Below, one piece after another: positions 1-9,275 of a stretch of 64,000 bases of DNA. The notes under the pieces are model-generated. The model was given only the letters and a program-made list of their open reading frames with translations. It was not told the origin of the DNA and did not search any database. Within the stretch, counting starts at the first letter, position 1. The number at the start of each line of letters is the position of its first letter. This DNA comes from a bacterium (GTDB lineage: Bacteria > Pseudomonadota > Alphaproteobacteria > Rhizobiales > JAKIUO01), in the NCBI GenBank assembly GCA_024228495.1, contig JAAETJ010000391.1, positions 2,491 through 66,490 of the forward strand, read 5' to 3'. A program made the position numbers and the translations under genes.

Positions 1-367
1 CAAAGGGGTTGAGCAGCCCACCAGTCAAATAAAGCAGGGCGGTCAGATGCCAGATATCAAACCCCAGAATAAGCGCGGCGTACGAGGCGATGAGGGGATA
101 GCTGGAGGGATAGATCAATCGCAAGATAATGTTCAACCAGGCCGATAGCGCCACAAGAGACAGGCACCAGCCAACGGGAAACGAAAAACCAAGCCCCCAA
201 TATAAAAAGGAGATGGTCAGCGCTTGTCCGGCCACTGCGAACCAGCGTAATCTGGTGATGGTGCCAAGACGCAAATGGGAGCGATCAGGATTTGACAGCT
301 CTTCCTTGGCAGTGCGCACCACTTCCAGGTTTTGTTCGGCTTCCGAAGTTGTTATTTTGACTAGCAT
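1..367 (-). CDS. Sensor histidine kinase, RegB/PrrB/ActS-like, N-terminal membrane part (start codon inside the window, 3' end beyond the window edge)
   Basis: Minus-strand open frame absent from the ORF track because it has no stop in the window. ATG at 367-365. Translation MLVKITTSEAEQNLEVVRTAKEELSNPDRSHLRLGTITRLRWFAVAGQALTISFLYWGLGF... has the LRW-x-A-x-x-GQ entry helix and serial hydrophobic segments that I associate with RegB-family kinases. Confidence 0.55.
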   Translation of the reverse strand, partial: MLVKITTSEAEQNLEVVRTAKEELSNPDRSHLRLGTITRLRWFAVAGQALTISFLYWGLGFSFPVGWCLSLVALSAWLNIILRLIYPSSYPLIASYAALILGFDIWHLTALLYLTGGLLNPF

Positions 368-379
368 GGGAGCACTCGT

Positions 380-1285
380 TTAGTTTTTGATGAATTCATC
401 AATATGATCTGCGACTTCTTCGGCAGCAAAATCCTGAAAGAAATGATCGGCATCCTCGATCATTTTTAGTTGTAGATTTTTGCCATCGACAAAGGGGCTG
501 ACAGCTTCGGGCAAGCCTTTGACGACCTTGTCATTGGCGCCTGCAATAACCATTGTCGGGATTTTGATGTCTTTGAGAACATTGGGGGTGTGGCGTGCAG
601 GATCAGGCTTATTGTAAGAAACAAAAGCGCTGGCGGTTGCCTTGGTATTCGCGCAGTAAATGATGCCGATATTTTCCAGCATCTCACTACCTTTGCCACT
701 GGAGGTGAGATTTTGCGCTCTGTCCAGCAAGGGGCCAAGTTTGGTCTTGTAACTTTTTTCGTAACTGTCTTCGCCATATTTTTGCGACCATGTGGCGGGC
801 GCGACGAGAATGACGTGATCGACAGCAGCATCAGGTTTGCCAGCAGCATATCTGGCGGTCTGATTGCCACCACGTGAATGGCCAAGCACGGATATCTTGC
901 CGGCCCCTTTTGATTTGAGCCAATTTACCCATGTCGCGATTTCATCGACTGCATCAAGATGATGGTGTTTATGGGGTGTTTTGCAATCATACATGCTGGC
1001 CCCGCGATTATCGATGCCAAGGCTTAAATTGATGGCTAGCGTATTGTGACCACGCTCCTTGAGTAGTTCTTGCAGCGTTTTGATAATTTCCATCTCATTG
1101 TGAGCGAGGGTGCCATGGGTCAGCAATATGACCCCGTCAGACAGCTTCTTGTTTTTGGCCAGTTCAAGATTTGCATTGAGGGTGAGGCCCCCCGCCTTTA
1201 GCGAGACCTTTTCCTTGGCTTGGGCAAAACCGGTGAAAGCTAGCACAAGAAATAGCGCCAGAGTGATGTTGATAGCAGCGTTCAT
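380..1285 (-). CDS. Secreted alpha/beta-fold hydrolase (dienelactone-hydrolase-like)
   Basis: N-terminal signal peptide MNAAINITLALFLVLAFTGFAQA. Nucleophile elbow GHSRGG (G-x-S-x-G). C-terminal D and H candidates (GANDKVV, DADHFF). Confidence 0.8.
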   Translation of the reverse strand: MNAAINITLALFLVLAFTGFAQAKEKVSLKAGGLTLNANLELAKNKKLSDGVILLTHGTLAHNEMEIIKTLQELLKERGHNTLAINLSLGIDNRGASMYDCKTPHKHHHLDAVDEIATWVNWLKSKGAGKISVLGHSRGGNQTARYAAGKPDAAVDHVILVAPATWSQKYGEDSYEKSYKTKLGPLLDRAQNLTSSGKGSEMLENIGIIYCANTKATASAFVSYNKPDPARHTPNVLKDIKIPTMVIAGANDKVVKGLPEAVSPFVDGKNLQLKMIEDADHFFQDFAAEEVADHIDEFIKN

Positions 1286-1544
1286 TTATCATCTCCTTGT
1301 GTTTTGGGTCAGTTTAGCAAAAACGGTCGCCAAACCCCAGCTTTAACGAGCGTGATGGTTTTTTCGATGATCTAGTACACCCCGCTGGGAGTTCTGACTC
1401 TATTTGATGGTCTTTACTGAGTCTGAATTGTAACGGTTGAATTTTTTTAGTAATGCTGGATTCCCGATTGTCAATTCAGGCATTAAGAGCAATATTAACA
1501 CGGCCCACAAATAGATTATATTTTTCTGCAATTCAGTCTACTGG

Positions 1545-1871
1545 TTGTGCATGATAAATACAGATGCAAGATCTATGAAGCCGGAAACACAAGAGCAGCT
1601 TCGCAGGCAAGCGATAAGGCTGTGGCGCAAAGTTGGAAAATACAAACAGATCGGCGATATTATCGGCGTCCACGCCTACACCATTGGAAAATGGGTTCGC
1701 AACTATAAAAAATATGGCGCCAACTCGCTCAAGTCACAAAAGCGGAGGCGCCGCATGGGCGAGGATCGGCTACTTTCGCGCGATCAGGAAATCGCCCTCC
1801 AAAAAGAGATTTGCGACAAGTCGCCAGACCAGCTCAAGCTGGCTTATGACGTTTTTGGCGCATGCTCATAG
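1545..1871 (+). pseudogene. IS630-family transposase, N-terminal HTH fragment only
   Basis: 108 codons with HTH-type sequence (IGDIIGVHAYTIGKWVRNYKKYG) followed by LSRDQEIALQKEICDKSPDQLKL, the usual lead-in to the DDE domain. The frame stops there, so no catalytic domain is present. TTG start in the track is arbitrary. Confidence 0.7.
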
Positions 1872-2081
1872 CCCCTTTTGCCAGAGGTAAAGATTGCTTG
1901 CGACATGTTTTATGGTGGTGAAATTAGCTGGTGCGTTACCTTTTCTGATGTGGCATTCATCGTCGCGAAAAACCATCTCCATGACCCAGTGCAACCCGTT
2001 CTCGATACTCCAGTGCTCGCGGATGGCGTCAGCCATGAATTTGGCCTCCCTGTCAAGGGATAAGATGTAGTATCGTGTCAC
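1866..2081 (-). pseudogene. ISAs1-family (H-repeat-associated) transposase, C-terminal fragment only
   Basis: RYYILSL...AIREHWSIENGLHWVMEMVFRDDECHIRKGNAPANF matches the conserved C-terminal HW-IEN-LHW block of ISAs1 transposases. About 300 upstream codons are missing. Confidence 0.75.
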
Positions 2082-3547
2082 CCATGGCTAAACGCGCAAA
2101 GAAAAACAGCAGTAAAAATCCCAACCGGTTGTCGGTTAAAATGCGGCAGCATATAGAGGCGCTTGGCCTCTTGGAGGCGACCTACAAGGACTGGTGTTGG
2201 AACAATGGCTTTGTTGATAGTCTTGATAAAAGCGATACTGAGCGCGCCAATGAAGCTGCGCATTACCAGCGCGAAATGGCGCGCAACGCTGCGATTGACA
2301 GCGTTTTGCGCGATCCTCGCAAGCTGATTGCTCATGCCTGCGCCAACAAGATGCTTCCCAATGAATTATCGCGCCTTAAATGGTCGGCCTTTTGCCAAAG
2401 CGTGCAACATAGCAACGACAGAGGAAAGCGACGACCACAGCTCCAGGAGCTGCTACTCACCGTTAATGAGCGTGCCGATTTTTTATTTGAACAGATCGAA
2501 GTCGGTGGTCAGATCGTACATTTTGTGGATGCTTTGATCGAGCTCAATGGCCATCGCAATCAATGGATCAGACCGCTGAAAAACTGGCGCCCGAGCAAGC
2601 GAAATCGCAAACGCCAGTTCGCGTCTTTGTTGCGCCATCTGCTGGCCAAATATCAAGTGCCCTCTTTTATGGATAGCGCCTGGTTTCTCCGCGAGGATGG
2701 GGCCGGAAAATATAGAGAATGGTTTATCCATATTGGATCGGGCCAAAATATTCGCACGGCGAAAAAGCTGCCTTTCACGTTGACCAAACGCATGGCCCAC
2801 GAATTTCTTTTCGCCCCTCAGACTTACAATGTCCTGCAGGCTTTGCGTTGGGCTGAAGTGCATGGCATTGGCGGAGATCGGCGCTTGACCGAAGCCCTGC
2901 TGGTCACACAGATAGGGGAGACCTTCGAGCATCAAAAATTCTGGCGCAGTGTCATTTTATTTTTTATTAATAATGCCATGCTCGACCGGCGTCACATCGG
3001 CCCCATTATCGACTATCTACAATTCCAAAAATTTACCGTTCAAGAAGTGATGGTGGCGCCAGATGCCATTGAGCGGATTCTGCCGCCGCAACCAAATCTC
3101 ACCATGCAGGGCCGCACACCAGCAGCTTTGTTGCGCCAAGTCGATGAGTGGCACGAGGAACTTAATCGCTCGAGCAATGTGCTCGGTCTGTCTTTCCCAT
3201 CATCCGGATATAAATCCTACAAGAAACAACAGGGCGATGATCTGTGGACCATTCACGAACTGCTCACCGGAACGCAACTCGTTGAGGAGGGAAAGAAGCT
3301 CAATCATTGTGTCGCTACTTACGCGGAAAGCTGTACGCAGGGATATTGCTCGATCTGGTCGATGGAGCGGTCGCGCAATAACAAGGTGCACAAACAACTG
3401 ACCATCGAAGTCCAACTCCACGGCATGATTGTGCAAGTCCGCGGCAAGAACAATAGAGAATGCACTCGTACCGAACTCGACCTGATCCGCCAGTGGGCAA
3501 CCCAAGCTGGTCTCACCATCGACAATTATGTGGAATTAATCCAATGA
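2075..3547 (+). CDS. Hypothetical protein with C-terminal PcfJ-like domain
   Basis: Long uninterrupted ORF. The C-terminal block [40 protein letters not shown]...LTIEV...VQVRGKNN resembles the PcfJ-like family (EG-x-x-x-x-HCV-x-x-Y motif). The start may be ATG 2084 rather than GTG 2075. The stop overlaps the ttcA start (ATGA at 3544-3547). Confidence 0.6.
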   Translation: MSPMAKRAKKNSSKNPNRLSVKMRQHIEALGLLEATYKDWCWNNGFVDSLDKSDTERANEAAHYQREMARNAAIDSVLRDPRKLIAHACANKMLPNELSRLKWSAFCQSVQHSNDRGKRRPQLQELLLTVNERADFLFEQIEVGGQIVHFVDALIELNGHRNQWIRPLKNWRPSKRNRKRQFASLLRHLLAKYQVPSFMDSAWFLREDGAGKYREWFIHIGSGQNIRTAKKLPFTLTKRMAHEFLFAPQTYNVLQALRWAEVHGIGGDRRLTEALLVTQIGETFEHQKFWRSVILFFINNAMLDRRHIGPIIDYLQFQKFTVQEVMVAPDAIERILPPQPNLTMQGRTPAALLRQVDEWHEELNRSSNVLGLSFPSSGYKSYKKQQGDDLWTIHELLTGTQLVEEGKKLNHCVATYAESCTQGYCSIWSMERSRNNKVHKQLTIEVQLHGMIVQVRGKNNRECTRTELDLIRQWATQAGLTIDNYVELIQ

Positions 3548-4404
3548 ACCTCAAAGACGCGAGCATCGAGCAAACCGACAACTGTCACCCCCTATTCCGC
3601 AATGCCCCCTCTTCCGTTGCCTTTAAAAAGCTGCGCAAACGCTTGTTACGCCAGATGCGCGAGGCACTTGGTGATTTTTCCATGGTGGAGCCACAAGCCA
3701 AATGGCTCATATGTCTGTCGGGGGGCAAGGATAGCTACGCCCTGCTGGCGCTGCTGGCAGATCTCAAATGGCGCGGGCTATTGCCGGTTGAGCTACTTGC
3801 TTGCAATCTTGATCAAGGACAGCCGGGCTTTCCCAAACATATTTTGCCAGAATTTCTCGAGCAAACCGGCATCCCTTTTCATATCGAAACCAAAGACACC
3901 TATTCCATCGTCAAGGAGAAAATTCCCGAAGGTGGCACCACGTGCTCCTTGTGCTCGCGTCTGCGGCGCGGTCATCTCTACCGCATCGCGCATGAAGAGA
4001 ACTGTACTCATATCGTGCTTGGCCATCATATGGACGATCTGCTGGAGACCTTTTTTCTCAACCTGTTTCATGGCGGACGCCTTGCGACCATGTCGCCAAA
4101 ACTGCGCAATGATAATGGTGATCTTATCGTTCTGCGCCCTCTCATCTATGCCTATGAGGGCGACCTTGAACGCTTTGCGCAGGCGCTTAAATTTCCGATC
4201 ATCCCTTGCAATCTGTGCGGCTCACAGAAAAATCTGCAACGAGTGATTGTGCGCGAAATACTCGACACGTGGGAGCGTCAAACACCGGGGCGCAAATCAA
4301 TCATGGCCAAGGCTTTGAGCAATGTCAGCCCCTCCCATCTTCTAGATACCGAACTGTTTGATTTTTCCCAACTTGACGGTCTTGCAATCACCAGTAAAGT
4401 CTAA
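3544..4404 (+). CDS. ttcA: tRNA 2-thiocytidine(32) synthetase TtcA
   Basis: PP-loop SGGKDSY. Cys motifs [10 protein letters not shown] and CNLCGSQ. N-terminal LRKRLLRQ...DF segment as in TtcA. ATG 3544 chosen over the longer track ORF (3460). Confidence 0.9.
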   Translation: MNLKDASIEQTDNCHPLFRNAPSSVAFKKLRKRLLRQMREALGDFSMVEPQAKWLICLSGGKDSYALLALLADLKWRGLLPVELLACNLDQGQPGFPKHILPEFLEQTGIPFHIETKDTYSIVKEKIPEGGTTCSLCSRLRRGHLYRIAHEENCTHIVLGHHMDDLLETFFLNLFHGGRLATMSPKLRNDNGDLIVLRPLIYAYEGDLERFAQALKFPIIPCNLCGSQKNLQRVIVREILDTWERQTPGRKSIMAKALSNVSPSHLLDTELFDFSQLDGLAITSKV

Positions 4405-4519
4405 CTGCCCTAGGGCCATTTTAAAATGATACCAAGTTTCACTTGAAATTTCATATCGCAAACCCCTAATATATGGCTGAAAGATAAAAATACGAGAAAA
4501 TACGGGGAGAGCTACCTTC

Positions 4520-4822
4520 ATGCCGATGGAACAACGCGAAATCGAACAGCTGATATTGGCCGCCATACCAGACGCGCAAATTGAGCTGGTAGATACCGCT
4601 GGTGACAATGATCACTGGTCGGCAAAAGTCGTCTCAAAGCAGTTTCGCGGCAAATCACGCGTGCAACAGCACCAGATGGTCAATAAGGCCTTTGGCGACA
4701 AGCTGGGCACGGTCTTGCATGCGCTGGCACTTTCAACGGCCATACCGGACTGCACTTTGGATCAATCTGGACTGAACTTTGGATCAATCACAATCGAAAC
4801 AAGTAATTATAAAAGGAATTGA
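4520..4822 (+). CDS. BolA-family protein
   Basis: DHWSAKVVSKQFRGKSRVQQHQMVNKAF...LHALAL matches the BolA core (HF-x-x-x-V-S-x-x-F-x-G, H-R/Q-x-V, HAL). SD GGGGAGAG upstream. About 25-residue tail runs to a TGA 1 nt before grxD. Confidence 0.85.
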   Translation: MPMEQREIEQLILAAIPDAQIELVDTAGDNDHWSAKVVSKQFRGKSRVQQHQMVNKAFGDKLGTVLHALALSTAIPDCTLDQSGLNFGSITIETSNYKRN

Positions 4823-4823
4823 C

Positions 4824-5171
4824 ATGAGCGAACAAGAGATACATGACTGGATTGGCAAGACCCTCACAACCAATGATGTCGTGCTATTCATGAAGGGCTC
4901 GCACCAGATGCCGCAATGTGGTTTTTCTGGTCTGTGTGTGCAGGTTCTGGATCATCTTGGCGTTGATTTCAAAGACGTCAATGTCCTTGATGATATGGGC
5001 ATCCGAGAAGGCATCAAAACCTTTTCCGACTGGCCGACCATCCCCCAGCTTTATATCAAAGGCGAATTTATTGGCGGTGCCGATATCGTCAAGGAAATGT
5101 TCCAAGCCGGTGAATTGCAGCAAATGATGCAGGACAAGGGCGTGGCGATTACCAATATCGCGCAAGCCTAA
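4824..5171 (+). CDS. grxD: Grx4-type monothiol glutaredoxin
   Basis: CGFS active site (MPQCGFSG), WPTIPQLYIKGEFIGGADI. ATG 4824 immediately follows the bolA stop. Confidence 0.92.
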   Translation: MSEQEIHDWIGKTLTTNDVVLFMKGSHQMPQCGFSGLCVQVLDHLGVDFKDVNVLDDMGIREGIKTFSDWPTIPQLYIKGEFIGGADIVKEMFQAGELQQMMQDKGVAITNIAQA

Positions 5172-5198
5172 TTGGTTGCGTGCATAAAAGGCGAGTAC

Positions 5199-5241
5199 AA
5201 AAAACTCCGGGCGGCTGTTTATAAGCTTCTCGGAGTTTTTT
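5199..5241 (+). terminator. Probable rho-independent (possibly bidirectional) terminator after grxD
   Basis: AAAAAACTCCG ... CGGAGTTTTTT: an 11-nt inverted repeat flanked by an A-run and a T-run. The loop is long (about 21 nt). Confidence 0.5.
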
Positions 5242-5440
5242 ATTGCAATTGTGATACTTCTCCCACCTGCTTACCAAGCCAAAAGTTCAGATGGTATACG
5301 ACCCAAGATATGAAGCTTTCCTCGCATCACTTCAATCATTGGACTTGCATTTTCTGCCCGAAACGCCATATTTTAGAAACGGGTAATATGCTTCTTCCCC
5401 TCAAGGATGGTACTTGCAAAAAGGAATAATTGTTTAAAAA

Positions 5441-5983
5441 ATGAATGCGACGCGTCGCTCAATCTTTCTCGAAATGCTGATGGCGGGTGCCACATTATGT
5501 CTTCTACTTGGCCTGACCCTGCCGGTTGTCAAGCTTACTTGGCTGTATTTTTTCGACAACAGACATTCTATCATCTCGATTATCTGGGTACTATTCCAGG
5601 ACAAAGAATGGCTACTCTCTGGCGTCCTGATTATATTTAGTGCCTTGTTTCCACTAGCAAAACTATCCTATTTGATGCTTTTGTATTTCCGGCGGTTAAA
5701 CGATATTCTACCCAGCAAAAAGCTTTTGTATATTCTTTCGTGGCTAGGGCGCTGGTCTATGCTTGATGTACTGGTACTCGCTCTCATCGTCTTTTACACC
5801 AAGCAAACAGGGGTCGCCGACGCGACCGTTTTACCCGGCATCTATTTCTTTGCGGTCTCGGTGCTGCTCACCATGTGGGCCTCTGAACTTGCCGAACAGC
5901 AATTTCATGACCTACGCGTCGAAATCCAAAACACCTCCGACGAAACCATCGCGCTCATCGAAGATCAGCGCACGAGATCATAG
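5441..5983 (+). CDS. PqiA-family (paraquat-inducible protein A-like) integral membrane protein, single-domain
   Basis: LPVVKLTWLYFFDNRHSIISIIWVLFQDKEWLLSGVLIIFSALFPLAKL...GRWSMLDVLVLALIV is the PqiA-domain pattern with 4 hydrophobic segments. Confidence 0.75.
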   Translation: MNATRRSIFLEMLMAGATLCLLLGLTLPVVKLTWLYFFDNRHSIISIIWVLFQDKEWLLSGVLIIFSALFPLAKLSYLMLLYFRRLNDILPSKKLLYILSWLGRWSMLDVLVLALIVFYTKQTGVADATVLPGIYFFAVSVLLTMWASELAEQQFHDLRVEIQNTSDETIALIEDQRTRS

Positions 5984-6343
5984 CGCACAAGCATGATTTT
6001 TAGTTTTATTTGAACATTGTCACCTGTATGGATTATACTTGGTCAATATTTTCTACAAGCAGATCAAGTCATTGAAATTTTTTACCATTTCTGGCGATCG
6101 CGGATCTGATATTGGTTTCCGTCGTCCGAAAAATTATAGAGCTGCTGCAAGCCCCGCATATCTTTTGGAAAGATCAAAAAGCCCAGCTATCCCATCAAAA
6201 TCCCCGCAAACCGAATCAGTTTCTCCGCTATTCTCATCCTAGCTGATCAGGATGCACCCTGGAGAATTTTTAGAGGTTCCCTATACAAAGAGTATCATGT
6301 TCGGCAGAAATACGGCCTCAACTAAAAACGTCAAATACCAGAG

Positions 6344-7189
6344 CTAAGATGGCTTATACCCGTCCCCTCCCCAATGGCTGATCGAGGAGCGCCGGCGTAT
6401 TCGTTGCACATCCTTCCCCATGCCATAGTGAGCGACCAGACGATCAAGGGCAATCTGTAAGATCAACTTGCCAGAACGCCGTGGCCAGCCGTGCGCTTTT
6501 TCGGCGTCCGACAGGCCCAATTGAAAACAGCATACATCAAGTAGAATATCTGATAAATCACTGCCCACTTCATCGATGGCGCCCCGCACTCTCTGTCTGG
6601 CAGCCAACCTATTGTCGGATATCTCGATCCATGCTCCGGGCGCGCTGCGCCTTTGTCCGCCAGTCCCCGGCTCCGACCAACTCGACGTCATGCGAGGCAT
6701 CATGCCTGCAAATTGGAAATCTTGCGCCAATCGCTCCCCAGCAGCAAACTGCATTTTGGAAATCATCGGCTCGCCTAAGACATCCTTGCGTCTTCTCAAC
6801 CAGCCAAGCGGCGATGAGCGATCATTGACCACGACGGTACGTTCATCACCATCTATATTGCGTTGACTTATTGTGCGGCTTTGATGTTGCTCGGCAAATG
6901 GATCGGTCCCCGCCAGCAAGCGCTTCAGCGCCAGGCGGCCATTATTGCCAATCACCCAGCCGGTTTTAGTGCGTGTGAGCAAGCCGCGCCTCATCACCTG
7001 CTCAACGAGATCCTTATCTGGAACGAGAACCGAAGAGCTGCTTGCCCTTAATAGAACGACAACACGATAGCAAGGTGTTGATCCGCACTGCTTGCTCTCT
7101 TGCAACAAGTGCGCGCCCTCTCGTGACATGGCCCGCAGCAGTTTTTTGAGTTGTTTGATGCCAGTGTTTCTGGCCCCTCCTGAACTCAT
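6344..7189 (-). CDS. Conserved hypothetical protein (DUF6456-like)
   Basis: SPLGWLRRRKDVLGEPMISKMQFAAGERLAQDF resembles the alphaproteobacterial family usually found downstream of the DnaA-domain-IV HTH gene. Overlaps the upstream gene by 4 nt. Confidence 0.6.
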   Translation of the reverse strand: MSSGGARNTGIKQLKKLLRAMSREGAHLLQESKQCGSTPCYRVVVLLRASSSSVLVPDKDLVEQVMRRGLLTRTKTGWVIGNNGRLALKRLLAGTDPFAEQHQSRTISQRNIDGDERTVVVNDRSSPLGWLRRRKDVLGEPMISKMQFAAGERLAQDFQFAGMMPRMTSSWSEPGTGGQRRSAPGAWIEISDNRLAARQRVRGAIDEVGSDLSDILLDVCCFQLGLSDAEKAHGWPRRSGKLILQIALDRLVAHYGMGKDVQRIRRRSSISHWGGDGYKPS

Positions 7190-7686
7190 ACCCGAGGCCC
7201 TGCATAGGTATCATTGGTGGACGCATGGGATTGGCTAATCGATCGAAACAGATCCATCTGGCAAGAAATGGCGCTTTCCAGATGAGACAAGGAGCGATCA
7301 AAGGTCATATCATCGCGCGCATCTTCGACCAGTGCGCAGCCATGGGCAACGGTGGTGCGATCCCGGCCAAAGAGGCGACCCACATCGCTGAGCGACAGAC
7401 CCTCCGTGGTATGGGCCAGATACATCGCCACCTGCCGGGCAAACGCAATGTTTTTGCGCCCCCTAGTACGGGCAACGAGCTGAGACTGGTCTACCTCATA
7501 GACGAGTGCCACCATATCGAGCAGAAATCGATGCAGTGCCCGCTGAGCGAGATTTGGTTGACGATGAGAATTTTGCTTGAGTGAACGATAGGGAGGAAGA
7601 TTGTCATGCCCATCTTTATTATTTTCCAACCCATTATTGGCTGGTTTTGGTGAGTTTGGGACTTGTGTAAGCACGGCCACTTTCAT
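7186..7686 (-). CDS. DnaA C-terminal (domain IV) HTH protein lacking the AAA+ module
   Basis: TRGRKNIAFARQVAMYLAHTTEGLSLSDVGRLFGRDRTTVAHGCALVED aligns by eye with DnaA domain IV (R-x-x-x-x-x-x-RQ-x-AMYL...IG-x-x-FG-x-RDHTTV-x-H). No Walker motifs. Confidence 0.8.
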   Translation of the reverse strand: MKVAVLTQVPNSPKPANNGLENNKDGHDNLPPYRSLKQNSHRQPNLAQRALHRFLLDMVALVYEVDQSQLVARTRGRKNIAFARQVAMYLAHTTEGLSLSDVGRLFGRDRTTVAHGCALVEDARDDMTFDRSLSHLESAISCQMDLFRSISQSHASTNDTYAGPRV

Positions 7687-7878
7687 CTGATTATCCTAAC
7701 TGATATTTTTATTTAATGGCTCCCCACCATGCGATACTACAATAGGATTATATTCCTTTAATTGAATGATAATCAATACTTACCCCCCTGCGGATAAGTT
7801 ATTGTTGAATATATAGCTAATTTACTACCTATAATATGTTGCTTTACTAAATGTCGTGCTACTACACGCCAGCTTCTT

Positions 7879-7933
7879 GTAATGGGAATTTATCCCCATT
7901 ACCTGTTTCCGTGTGATGATGTGAGCATCACAC
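7879..7933. promoter_or_regulatory. Two perfect 8-bp-arm palindromes in the divergent spacer just upstream of the 7947 gene (candidate operators or hairpins)
   Basis: GTAATGGG-N8-CCCATTAC (7879-7902) and GTGTGATG-N7-CATCACAC (7911-7933). The second ends 13 nt before ATG 7947, next to the AAAGGAA Shine-Dalgarno. Confidence 0.3.
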
Positions 7934-7946
7934 AAAGGAAAACTAC

Positions 7947-8237
7947 ATGATCCCTCAGGCACAAAACACCGACAATCCCTATGCACGAATGGCTGCTGAA
8001 GGCGCCAAACACTATCATCGCTCCCGCCACATTCCAGCCTTGCTGGCTTTGTGGCCATCTGAATTGGATGACATGAGTGCTACGGGCACAAATCGCATTA
8101 TCAAGGAATTGGAGATCGCCCTTATGGCCGAACGCCGACGCGGCCGCGCCCATCACTGGTGCTATGACCTTAACCGCCATCTGGCGCTAGTGTCGGCTCT
8201 GAAAGGGGAAAGGGCGCATCTTGCGTGTATGCCTTGA
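7947..8237 (+). CDS. Conserved hypothetical protein
   Basis: 96-codon ORF with SD AAAGGAA. The ALWPSELDDMSATG...ERRRGRAHHWCYDLNRHLAL block looks like a small alphaproteobacterial conserved protein. No function inferred. Confidence 0.5.
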   Translation: MIPQAQNTDNPYARMAAEGAKHYHRSRHIPALLALWPSELDDMSATGTNRIIKELEIALMAERRRGRAHHWCYDLNRHLALVSALKGERAHLACMP

Positions 8238-8268
8238 TGACAACGACTGATACAAGATGCTGAGAAAC

Positions 8269-9024
8269 TCACAGCACGAGCGCTCTGCCCTTACGCAAAA
8301 TGGCTTCGACATCCTTGCTATAGCGCCCTTTTTTACTACCCAGCACGAGGCCCGGCAACAGGCTCATGGGAGCACGCGATCCCTTGATACCCTGAATAAG
8401 GATACGGATAGCGCGGCTTTGTGGGTTGGAATAAACCGGCACAATCTTAAGCGCTCCAAAGCGCCCTTTTAGCAGGGTTAACAGCTCAGGCAATGAATCA
8501 GGGCGATGAATCAGGTTCAGGGTACCTTTGGGAGCGGCCATGGCGGTCAAAAAACGGATCCATTGCGCCAGCTCACCACCTTGCAGGCGGTGCGCGGCGC
8601 TTTTATCTTCGCTCCCACAAGATCGAGAGCGATCAGCGCGATAAAAAGGCGGGTTGGCCACCACATGGGCATAACTCTGGGGCTCAAGCCCTTTTTGCGG
8701 CAATTCCCCCAGCGGCTTGATCAGATCCGCTTCAATGATCGAGACACGCGCTTCCAGCTTGTTATGAGCCACATTGCGTCGCGCCAGCGCCACGATATCG
8801 CTTTGGCATTCAATCCCCGTCACTTTCAGATCCGCAAACCTCGTTGCCAGGCACATAGCAATAGGGGCACAGCCACAACCAGCATCCAGCACACGTTCAT
8901 CAACATCCCCCTTGCAAGGGACAATCGCGGCCAAGAGCAAAGCATCTATCGAGGCCCGCGGTCCCTTGCAAGGCTGCTCAAGCGTGAAGCGTCCATCAAG
9001 AAAATTATCGAAACTGGTCTCCAT
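8269..9024 (-). CDS. SAM-dependent N6-adenine methyltransferase (tRNA1(Val) m6A37 / YfiC-TrmN6-like)
   Basis: SAM motif I VLDAGCGCAPIA and catalytic VANPPFY (NPPF/Y) motif. Confidence 0.8.
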   Translation of the reverse strand: METSFDNFLDGRFTLEQPCKGPRASIDALLLAAIVPCKGDVDERVLDAGCGCAPIAMCLATRFADLKVTGIECQSDIVALARRNVAHNKLEARVSIIEADLIKPLGELPQKGLEPQSYAHVVANPPFYRADRSRSCGSEDKSAAHRLQGGELAQWIRFLTAMAAPKGTLNLIHRPDSLPELLTLLKGRFGALKIVPVYSNPQSRAIRILIQGIKGSRAPMSLLPGLVLGSKKGRYSKDVEAILRKGRALVL

Positions 9025-9059
9025 AAGCGGTTTTTCGGCCCTCTATTCTTACCTGATTA

Positions 9060-9275
9060 CTACTTGGCGACCTCAACTCCGGCGTCTGCAAGCAAAGTGC
9101 GAGCCTCCTCCAGGCGGTGCTTTTCGACCATCATGCGCGATTGCAACACCCCCAGCGAGCCCTCCATAATGCTCATATTCTGATCCAAATGGTCGAAGGG
9201 AATATTGGCGTCAGACAAAAGCGAGCGAACAAATGACATGAGAACCAGGTCATTGCTGCGTAAAAGTTCGATCAT
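9060..9275 (-). CDS. DUF2007-like small protein
   Basis: MIELLRSNDLVLMSFVRSLLSDANIPF...RMMVEKHRLEEARTLL fits the DUF2007 pattern. ATG 9275 has SD GAGGGA upstream. The track ORF starts earlier (9329). Confidence 0.6.
   Translation of the reverse strand: MIELLRSNDLVLMSFVRSLLSDANIPFDHLDQNMSIMEGSLGVLQSRMMVEKHRLEEARTLLADAGVEVAK

Noticed and set aside
129-383. 84-codon plus-strand ORF at the window start
   Set aside because: It lies antisense to the much better supported RegB-like minus-strand frame, and its translation has no protein-like features.
466-885. 139- and 95-codon ORFs overlapping the alpha/beta hydrolase gene
   Set aside because: These are shadow frames of a gene with a clear signal peptide and G-x-S-x-G motif.
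8506-9183. 225-codon plus-strand ORF
   Set aside because: It is antisense to the NPPY methyltransferase and the DUF2007 gene, and its Arg/Pro/Ala-rich composition is typical of a shadow frame.
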